Assembly: GCF_001194135.2 (NCBI RefSeq)
Contig: NC_068997.1
Location: 35,295,782-35,340,678, forward strand
Reading direction: 5' to 3'
Length of the DNA: 44,897 bases
Source: Octopus bimaculoides
Lineage: Eukaryota
Part shown: piece after piece, positions 22,322 through 31,880 of the stretch
Position numbering within the stretch: the first letter of the stretch is position 1
Layout of the letters: each line of letters begins with the position of its first letter
Notes under the pieces: generated by a model
Seen by the model: only the letters and a program-made list of their open reading frames with translations
What the model was told of the DNA's origin: nothing
The model's database searches: none
Made by a program: the position numbers and the translations under genes

Positions 22322-23760
22322 ACATTCTTTGGTAGCATTTAATAGCCATGATAAGACCATTATAATGCAGAAAACTGATATCAAGTTCAAAAGTAACCCG
22401 GAATTCTTCAAGGGTACAATACAATCCATCTAAGTTGATAAAATCACGAATCTCAAACCATGCATTACAAAAGATTACCTGTTTACCAACTTTTAAAGTG
22501 CTTATAATAGATTGGTTCTGTTATAAATTCATCAAATGTAAACTTATCAAAAGCAGAAATACAATCTTACCAAAAATTTACTCAGATAAATGTTACCAAA
22601 TAGTTAAACTTTTCAGTTTTGGGAAGAAGGCATAGTACAAATATTTTCATTTGGAATCATAATTAATATCCAACAACTTTCTCATCCAAGATAACTTTAA
22701 AGACCTGATATAAGCAGAAGATTCCACCATAATGAGTCCACCCTTTTTAACAGGCTTACAAGCAACAATTTTCTTGATCTTATTAGGTTTTCCATTCCAG
22801 GGAAATTTAAATAACATCTTGTTTAATTCCTAAAGAAATTTGCCCAGTGGATTTTGGAGAGTAAAGAAGAGATAATTCAATTTTGAAATGAGCAATGACT
22901 TTATAACAGCAATTCTACCAGGAGGTGTAATTATTCTATTCATCCCTCTATTGAATCTCAAATAATTTATTTTCAAAATTCTTTTTAGCCATGACATTTA
23001 AATCTGTTGAAAATATTACATCCAGAAGCTTGAAATAACCTGGGTTCCATTGTATGTTTAAACAAGGTAAGTATCTGACCAGGCTATCCCTTCTTGCACC
23101 TATCCATATCACCTGAGACTTATCATAGTTAATTTAAAATCTGCATGTATCAGCATAAAAGTTCAAAGTATCAACTGTAGCTTCGAAAGACTTTTGTGAA
23201 CCATCTAAAATGAACTCTGTATTATCTGCATACTGCGTCAACAGATACTTTCCATTGTCAACTGTAATTCTTTTAATATCACTGTTCTTTCTTATAAGAT
23301 CAGCCAGGACCTTGACACAGAGGATGAAAATAAATGGAGAGAAAGGACTGCCCTATCTACAGTCCTGCTCAACAGGAAACCAAGGAGACAATGTATCATT
23401 AATACTCAATCAAGATCTAGCATCATTGTAAAGAATATTGAACCACTTACAGATCACCCATATCATCAGAAACTGTTTAAAATGTCCCCAAGATACTAAC
23501 TTCCATGAGATATGATATTGTTGTTAAAAACATCTATAATGCCCCGATGGCTGTATCAAAGGCATGCCAGAACCAGAATGTATACACTCTTTAAAAATAA
23601 AGAAGACTGATGGAATAAAAACAACAATCTATCTGTGGAACCAAGAGTAAAAGTCATGTACTACTGTAGAGATCAGGCTGACTGGCAGATGTAAATATCT
23701 TGTCAAAAACTGGGGAAAAGAAAATATTTATGGCGAACTAATGAGAAACTTGCAGTTCTT
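22322..23760 (-). mobile_element. Tx1/L1-clade LINE, decayed RT fragment in a PEX10 intron (same strand as gene)
   Basis: Minus: GSPFSPFIFILCVKVLADLIRKNSDIK, LTQYADNTEFILDGS, INYDKSQVIWIG, PGRIAVIKSLLISKLNYLF, KGGLIMV..YIRSLKLSWMRK. Confidence 0.8.
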
Positions 23761-24194
23761 ATATGCAGGCTATAGGTTTTCATTTTTATCTTTTATCACA
23801 GGTGAACAACAAATGTACATAAAATGTAACAACAAATTAACATAAAAGCCTAGAAACACTGGGTTTCTCTAAGAAAGAGCAAAACAAATTCACATACTCC
23901 AAATACAATCAATTAATGGTACAGCAATAATTTCAAAATATTTCAAATTCTCTATTTTAGGACCCTAGACTGAATATATGCACAGTCACATATACATATG
24001 GAACACACACACACACATACATGAATACATATACACATTGAAAATATGCAAAACTTCTCTAGAGTTCAAAGTGCAACTCAGATGTTTTCTAAATACTAGG
24101 AGCAGAGATTTGTTTCTGTGTAACAAAAAATCTGTTCCTTTTTAGGAAAAAAATTAAATAGTTAAAACAGAAAAATAATATACTTGTGTACACA

Positions 24195-24375
24195 CACACA
24201 TGTAGACATGACTGTGTGGTCAAGAAATTCACTTCCCAAACTTCTGGTTTGGGGCACAGTCCTGCTTTGCAGTTACCATGTTCTACTATAGACCCAGGCG
24301 AACTAAAACTTTGCGAGTGGATCTGGTGGACAAAAATTAAAATAACTTTGGTGTGTGCGTGTGTGTGTGTGTGTA
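24195..24375 (+). mobile_element. Decayed SINE 5' part
   Basis: CATGACTGTGTGGTCAAGAAATTCACTTCCCAAAC head, (TG)n end. Confidence 0.55.
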
Positions 24376-24867
24376 TTTGATTAAAGGGTGAGGCATATCA
24401 AAGTGAAGCGCTCCATGGATTGGTTGGACAGAATGATGCAAAACAAACAGTTAATAAAATTCATCATCATAGCATGGGATGCATTGATAAAGGGAAGGTC
24501 CAATAGTATCCAAAAGTATCCCATGATGAGTGGAGCCTTAAGTGTGGCATAAAAGCATAATAAAAACAGAAGAATCTGATACTGTTCAATTGTTTCGTTA
24601 AGAGTCTTTATTGTCATGTTGGTGATTTTGATTAGAAAGTTCACTTGTTGATCTCTGTTGATTAATCTTGCTAGTATATTTTGTAAGCCTCATGAGTTGA
24701 GTATTGCATAACATTTTATGTAATCGTGTATACTGTACATCTGACTGTACTATGTTTATATGACAATAAAAACTGAAAGAAACAATTGTACACACACACA
24801 CACACACACACACATGTATGTATGTATGTATGCATATTATTCATCAAATACTCTTTGAAACATATAG

Positions 24868-25010
24868 GGAGTGCAGGTCTAAGCAAAAAGATTGCTTTCC
24901 AACCACATGGTTTTACATTAAGTCCCACTGCATATTACCTTATGCAGGTGTTGTCTACCAAAGCCCTGGACTTCAGTAGAGTGAAACTGAAAGAAGCCCA
25001 TCATGTGATT
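24868..25010 (+). mobile_element. Decayed SINE 5' part
   Basis: TTGCTTTCCAACCACATGGTTTT...AGTCCCACTGC...GAAACTGAAAGAAGCCC. Confidence 0.55.
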
Positions 25011-25452
25011 GTCCTATACAAGTGGCACTGTCATTCATTTCTAATATTCAATAGAAACATGTGGAGTCATGGAAAAATATTATCTAGTTTGGAAACAAGT
25101 GAGGGTTGGTGAATGAAAGAAAAAAGGAAGGAAAGGAGGGAGGGAAGAATAAATGTATGTATGTATGTATGTATGGATGGATGCATGCATGTGTACATGT
25201 TTGTATGTTTGTGTGTTTGTCTACATTTATCTGAACAACAGTAGTAATGTTGTTTTCATTTCTCCACTAGCTTTGCACCTTCAAAGATAGGTGGAATAGG
25301 ATATCCCTTACATAAAAATCTGGTAAGGGTTAATGATAGGAAGGAGGGACATGAAGCAGTAATGCAACACCTCAATAATTTCTTCTAACAAAAGCTAACA
25401 TCCCAAAACAGATGATAAATAAAAAGAAACAATTATGTATAAGTAAACTCAC

Positions 25453-25707
25453 ATAATGAACTCCCAAGAGACGTTTGGCAATATGGTAGAAAATACCTCT
25501 GAGGTAAAAGGCTGTCAGATGGAATCTGTGACAAAACAACATACACTGTTTCACAATTGGAATCATTTGTATTAAAAACTCTTTGGCATGAAGTGACAAA
25601 AATCTCAGGCTGGAATCTGGTTTCATTAAGTCTTTCTGACATTTGTCAAAGAATCTTTGAAATACATAGGGAGTCCAGACATGAAGCAAGATCATAAATG
25701 ATCTTCT
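25453..25707 (-). CDS. PEX10: PEX10 internal exon (Pex2/Pex12 N-terminal domain part)
   Basis: gtgtttcag acceptor, TAT|gtgagt donor; RRSFMILLHVWTPYVF...HRFHLTAFYLRGIFYHIAKRLLGVHY (cf. human [25 protein letters not shown]); 255 nt, phase 0/0. Confidence 0.93.
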
Positions 25708-25827
25708 CTGAAACACAAATACATTTTTTTTATGCATTGGTCAAAGATTTGATCTGAAATGGCTTATAAAAAATATTATTGTATTTTTGCAAACGGAAAC
25801 AAGTGAACATATAGGCATAGGTATAAA

Positions 25828-25990
25828 GGTGTCATGTGGTTAAGAAGTTTGTTTCATAATAGTTAGTTCCAGATTCTAATCCCACCACATAGCACTGTCA
25901 GCATGTGACTTCTACCTCTATATAAGTTAAGTTTCACTGACAAGGCTTGAGCCTTGTAAGTGAAACTTGATAGAGAGAAATCATCCAAAA
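25828..25990 (+). mobile_element. Decayed SINE 5' part
   Basis: GTGTCATGTGGTTAAGAAGTTTG head; GTGAAACTTGATAGAGAGAAA body. Confidence 0.4.
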
Positions 25991-25999
25991 ACTTGTTGA

Positions 26000-26181
26000 A
26001 AGGATCTTACCTTTTCTTGAATGGTAGACTTAATCTATTGCTGCCTTTAACATCACCATCAACCCCATTGATCATCCACTCTGTTGCAAGCACTCAAACC
26101 AGGTCCCAATTAGAGAATGTTACTCTCTTTAAGCCCCACCAATCTTACTCCTTCCATGCAGCCACAATAAAATTAAAGAGG

Positions 26182-26231
<50 letters not shown>
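26000..26231 (+). mobile_element. R4/Dong-like 3' UTR followed by (AAT)n (26184-26231)
   Basis: CTCTTTAAGCCCCACC...CACAATAAAATTAAA..GTG(AAT)n, the same terminus as 26670-26797. Confidence 0.6.
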
Positions 26232-26232
<1 letters not shown>

Positions 26233-26735
26233 GGACAAACAAGAGTACCTAATAATTGATGTGGTAGTGCCAAGAGATCAACATATTATCATGAAAGAAA
26301 GAGGAAAGATTGATAAATATGGAGACCTGAGAATTGAGATTGCCAAGATGTGGCAGCTGGGAGAGACAAACATAGAGGTTGTTCTTGTCATCAGAGTACT
26401 GGGTTCAATACCACCCAACCTAAAGAAACATCTGGAAACTTTAGAAATACCCTACAATTTAGGTGTTTTGCAAAAATTGGCATTACTTGGAACTGCACGC
26501 ATATTGTGTAAAGTACTGTCTGTCTGAGGTTCATGTTGTGACTTGACAGATAGTACAAACCCCCAGTAGACACTATCTTCAATCAACAACATCACAATAT
26601 TGGATACTATGCAACATCTTAAATAACAAGCAACAGCATTTAATTTATTAACAAGCAAACCAGAATCAATATTACACTCTTTAAGCCCCACCTTCCACTC
26701 AATCACAATAAAATTAAATATTAAAATTAAAGAAG

Positions 26736-26797
<62 letters not shown>
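26232..26797 (+). mobile_element. R4/Dong-like 3' fragment (RLE C-terminus + 3' UTR) and (AAT)n 26738-26797
   Basis: IDVVVPRD..KIDKYGDLRIEIAKMW..LGSIP..LQKLALLGTARILCKVLSV*. Confidence 0.85.
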
Positions 26798-26798
<1 letters not shown>

Positions 26799-26901
26799 TT
26801 TTAAAAAAGGATTGACGTAACTCTTCACGAAGGTAAATAGTCAAGACAAAGAGCGTGATTCGATTGTATATACAATCGAATCGCGCTCTTCGTCTTGACT
26901 A
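26798..26901. repeat. PLE terminus fragment ending in a 64-bp loop-less palindrome (26838-26901)
   Basis: ATTTTAAAAAAGGATTGACGTAACTCTTCAC matches PLE ends at 31879 and 34834; arms differ at 2 positions (CpG-type transitions). Confidence 0.8.
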
Positions 26902-27011
26902 ATAACAACAACAACAACAATAATAATAATAACAACAACAATAACAATAATAATAACAACAACAATAATAACAATAATAATAACAACAACAATAATAACA
27001 ATAATAATAAT

Positions 27012-27044
<33 letters not shown>

Positions 27045-27065
27045 AATAATAATAATAATAATAAT
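26901..27065. repeat. Mixed (AAC)/(AAT)n array
   Basis: Direct reading; explains the poly-N/poly-I/poly-L ORFs. Confidence 0.95.
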
Positions 27066-27925
27066 CAGCATTTAATTTATTAGTAAGCAAGCCAAAATCA
27101 ACATTGCAGCATTTAATTTATTAATGAGCAAGCCAGAATCAACACCAAACTTTATGCTGGAAGGACAAACCACCCTAATTCTCAAAAACAAAGACACTGT
27201 ACAACCACAAAATTATAGGCCACTAACATGCCTATCAACATCCTACAAAACCCTCATTTCAGTCATCTATAACTGGCTTGTTATACACCAAGAAAACAAC
27301 AATGTTTTACCAGAAGAACAAAAGGGGTGCTGGAGAGGGATATATGGTTGTAAGATTTACCAGAAGTTCTAGTAAACTGCACCATTATAGAGGACTGTAA
27401 AAGGAGAAAAACAAACCTGAATATGATTTGGGTTGATTACCAGTAAATATTTGACAGTGTTGCACACTCATGGATACTGGAAACTCTCCACACAAATAAA
27501 AGAGCTCCAACACTACTAAAATATATCAAACATTCAATGGCAAACTGGAAAATCAGTATTGAAAAATGAATCACAATTCATTAAAACCTACCCAATACCC
27601 ATAAGAAGGGGGAGTTTCCAGGGAGACTCTCTGTTACCCCTGCTTTTCTATCTCTCTCTGACTCTGCTAACAAACTTGTTAAATGAAACCACCATGGGTT
27701 ATAGATGCTCTGGACAAACAATAAACCATCTTCTGTACATAGATGACTTAAAAACTTCCACTAAAATACCATGGAATAGAGAAACCTTCTAAAAATTGTC
27801 CATAGTTTCAGCAAGAACATCGAGATGAGCATGAGGCTGGGTAAATGTGCCAAAGTGACACTGAGAAGAGGCAAATTAGTCAGCACTGAAAACACTGCAC
27901 TCAACATAAACACAGAAATCATACA
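27066..27925 (+). mobile_element. R4/Dong-like RT fragment
   Basis: NYRPLTCLST, LPEEQKGC, GSFQGDSLLPLLF, INHLLYIDDLK, EMSMRLGKCAK. Confidence 0.8.
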
Positions 27926-28387
27926 TAGTAAACCAAAACCAATTCACCCCACCTCCCACATTGACTCTCTCATACAGAAAAGAGCAGCAAAACTAGCAGG
28001 CTGAACACTACCAGTCTATTCTCTAAGGTCAGAGAATGTACTTTAAACAATAATGACAACAGCTACCTCACCAGTGCAGTCAATACAAGGACAAAAACAA
28101 CCACAACAGCAACGATCATAGAAAGAAAAGCAACAACAAAGCCACAGTGACTACAGAAAACAGCAAAAATAGCCAGGACATTGAAAGTAATAAGAAAGCA
28201 ATAATACCAAAAGGAACAGTACAGTTTACAACAGTTCTATCACCACCACTGACAATAACAATACAAGCAAATAATATTAATACTAATAGTAATATGCCTT
28301 GGGTATGGCATGAGACATCATCCAGTTGTAACATCTCAATGTAGGATAAGGTTACCCTTAACCACAACTATCCTCAGATCACCATTG

Positions 28388-30571
28388 GGCAAGGCATAAT
28401 ACCTGTAGGTCTACCCTGAGACCTTGAAATACCAGGTTGGCATCTGGTGGAGTTAAGTCTGTCTCATGGAATGGGGGTGTCCCTTTAGCTTTGGTCAGCA
28501 ACCCCTCTAGAGATGGTGTCTCAATAAAAACGCCAGTGGTTGTGTCACCTTATCACCCAAATCCTCATGAGTGAAAGTGTCAGAGACAAAGTATTATACA
28601 ACAGCATTAATGAGGTTGGAAATGAAAACAGTTTATACAAGGGCAGGCGTGGGCTCTCTGAGCCTTGGTTAGCAACCCACCTAGTGATGGTGTCACAATA
28701 AAAATACTGGTGATTGCACAACCTTACAAATACTACCTCTAAATGACTAATGTCAAAATCAAATAATAATCACAATTGTGCTAATGGACTGGGACTGATA
28801 ATGGCGCAGATGTCACACAGGGCAGGCAAGGAGTGTCTGACCAAGCTTTGGCAGGTCATCATCAAGCCATTGATCAAGACCAGAATCAAAATCAAAAGTG
28901 CAAAAGGAAAAAACTGAAATGGAAAAAAGAGGTGAACAAAATAGTAATTGACTGTTGGTTGAGAAGTGAGCCAAATAAAAGAGGTTTCATGAAACGAATG
29001 AAGAGAATATGGAACGAGAAAGGCGTTTTTGAAGCATCTGGTCAGTGACTGATAGACCAGGCAAAGACAATCCATATGAATGACTGGATTACAGGATTAG
29101 AGGTTGAAGAAAATCAGAGAAAAATAAAAAATAACAAATGCGAAGGAAGAGAGAGAAACAACAGTAGCAGGAAGTTGTAATGAATATGAAAAAAAGAAGG
29201 AAATCACTATATGCCTGAGATTGCTGAAGAAGTAAAAAATGAAGATGGACAAGTGACAATAATTGCAGCACAAGATTTGGATGATGAAGGGGAGATATAG
29301 AAATGCTGTGAGGTAAAATGTGTGATGGGATCAATGAAGTACCACCAAATGTCAGATATATGGACAGGGGGAGATATATGGACAGTAAGGAGAGCAACAG
29401 CCAAAGAAAATGACATTTTAGCTTGATTAGAACAGAAAACATTAGTGAAACAAACCAGTTAATCATAGCTGCTGCTAATGCTGTAGCTGAAATAGTAGGA
29501 TACAAGTAGAAGACTGAATAAATGAAAGGAAATGAAAAGAAAGAACCAAACTGGTGGAAGAGAATAGGAATGAAATTGGAAAAGACATAGAAAGAGCTGG
29601 GGTAATTGAATAGGACAATGAGAGGAGAGCTCAGGAGTGAGATAGTATCCAGAAAATTGAATGGACAATACAGGTTAGAAGAAAGGGGAAAGCAAACAGT
29701 ACATGAAGAATTGTCACAAAGGGTGACAATGTTAAAGGCCAAACTGAAAAGATATGATACTAGATGCAAAGGTTTTGAACAAAACAGACAATTTTGTTGG
29801 TGTCTTTTTGAGGAAATAGAGGGGGTTCAACATCAGAAAATGATGCCTGATGCAGAAGAAAGCCAAAAAATTGGGGGAGAACTGTAGAACAGGCCAGTGA
29901 GACATAAAGAAAGTGCAGAGTGACTAATACAGGTGGAAAGACAACTCACAACTGTGCGAAGACAGAGGGATGTATATATACAATGAGACTGAAGTTTAAA
30001 AAAATAGCAAATTGGAAAGGACCTAGCCTGGATGGAGTACAAGCCTACTGGCTGAAGAATTTTATGCAGTTGCATGAAGGGATCACTGCACAACTGGATG
30101 AATGCATGGTCACATATCCCTACCAGGATGATAAGTGGACAAATGCTGTTATGTCTCAAGGATTCCTTGAAAAGTAACTTGGCATCAAATTTTCAACCAA
30201 TAACCTGTTTACCACTTATGTGGAAGTTTATGACTGGTGTCTTGGCAGAAAAGCTATATAATAATCTACAAATTAACAACCTATTTCCAGAAGAGCAGAA
30301 AGGAAGCAGGAAACAAAGTAGGGCAACAAAAGACCACTTATTCGTTTATTCTTTTACTTGTTTCAGTCATTTGACTGTGGCCGTGCTGCAGCACCACCTA
30401 GAAGGGTTTTAGTTGAACAAATACACCATGGGACTTATTCTTTTAAGCCTACTACTTATTCTATCAGTCGCTTTGCCGAACTACTAAGTTATGGGGATGT
30501 AAACACTACAACACCAGACAGTGATGGGGGGACAAACACAAACGCAAAGACACACACACACATAGATATAT

Positions 30572-30653
<82 letters not shown>

Positions 30654-31880
30654 GACGGGCTTCTTTCAGTTTCTGTCTACCATATCTACTCACAAGGCTT
30701 TGTTTGGCCTGAGGCTATAGTAGAGGACATTTATCCAAAGTACTAGGCAGTGGGAATGAACTCAGAACCATGTGGTTGAGAAGTTGGCTTCTTACTACAT
30801 AGTCATGCTTGCACCTATTAGTTGATAAAATGATAATTAGAAATTGTAGATGCAGACTGACAAGACAGAATGTAGCATGGATAGATTGCAAAAAAAGCAT
30901 ATGACATGGTACCGCACAATTGGACAAATAAAACAATGAGCATGTTAGGAGTGGCAGAAAATATGGAGAAAATGGTTAATGAAAGTATGAAACATTGGAA
31001 TATCGAATTGATTGGAGGAATTTTGGAGAGCCACTGAAGATGTATGTGCAACAAAATCCTGGGCTTTGTTAAAAAAAAAGGCAATTAAAAAAAATAAACA
31101 GAGAGCATAATTGTAGCAGCCCAGGATCAGGTGATCAAAACAAACTTGAGGAAAAATGTATAAGGGGAGAATGTGTGGAAGCAATGGAATGAGATGTGTG
31201 GAACTTGGAATGAGACATGACACACCCTGTTGTAGAATGTCTCAAGCTGGCACAGGAAGAATATAGAAATGGAAGCATGACCAAGTAGTAAAAGTTTTAC
31301 ACTGGAAGCTTTGCCAGAAATGGGGACTTGAAGCTGGAGACACATGGTATGAACATCGAGTCAAAAGAGTACTGGAGTCAGAGAACTAAAATTCTGTGGG
31401 ACTTTCCCATACAAAAGGACAAGAAGCTAGAAAATATTAGGCCAGACATAACAATAATAGACAAGGAAAAGCAAGAGTGCCCACAAATTGATCCATCATG
31501 TCTGATTCCAGGACTGTAAAGAAACAAGACAAAAAATGAAAAAAATACAATCCCTTAAAATTTGAAATTGCAAGAATTTGGAATATGAAAATTGTAAAGA
31601 TTGTGCCTACAATAATTGGTGCATTGAGAACTGTAAGCAAAGATATAGACAAATGGTTGAAGGAGATTGGAATAGAACATCCTATAGAGCTTCTACAGAA
31701 AGTCTGCCCTTAAGGACATGAAAGATTATTAGGAAGGTCTTAAGCACTTGAAAGACTATAGAAAGATGATGGATACCAAAGGTTACAGATAGTAACCTGC
31801 TACCCACATAAATTCTATCAGGAATAAGAATGCACCTGAGTCAAGTCAATGATAATGGTAATAATAATAATAATAATAAT
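28388..31880 (+). mobile_element. Longest R4/Dong-like copy (5' UTR to (AAT)n tail), internally deleted, SINE-interrupted
   Basis: KWKKEVNKIVIDCW..RGFMKRMKRIW; GPSLDGVQAYWLK; NFQPITCLPLMWK; FPEEQKGSRK; AWIDCKKAYDMVP; KILWDFPIQKDKKLENIRPDITIIDK; LKFEIARIWNMK; array 31848-31880. Confidence 0.85.
30346..30822 (-). mobile_element. Full-length SINE with expanded (TA)n (30580-30652) inserted into the R4-like RT
   Basis: Splits KDHL|LVDKMII; head at ~30820, 3' body at 30346-30550. Confidence 0.8.

Noticed and set aside
24381-24644. Hydrophobic 87-aa ORF as a mitochondrial insertion (NUMT) or PEX10 exon
   Set aside because: No mitochondrial protein motif recognised; the PEX10 frame is already complete with the 20499-20659 exon.
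26825-27090. Poly-L/I/V/N/Y/C ORFs
   Set aside because: Translations of (AAT)/(AAC) microsatellites.
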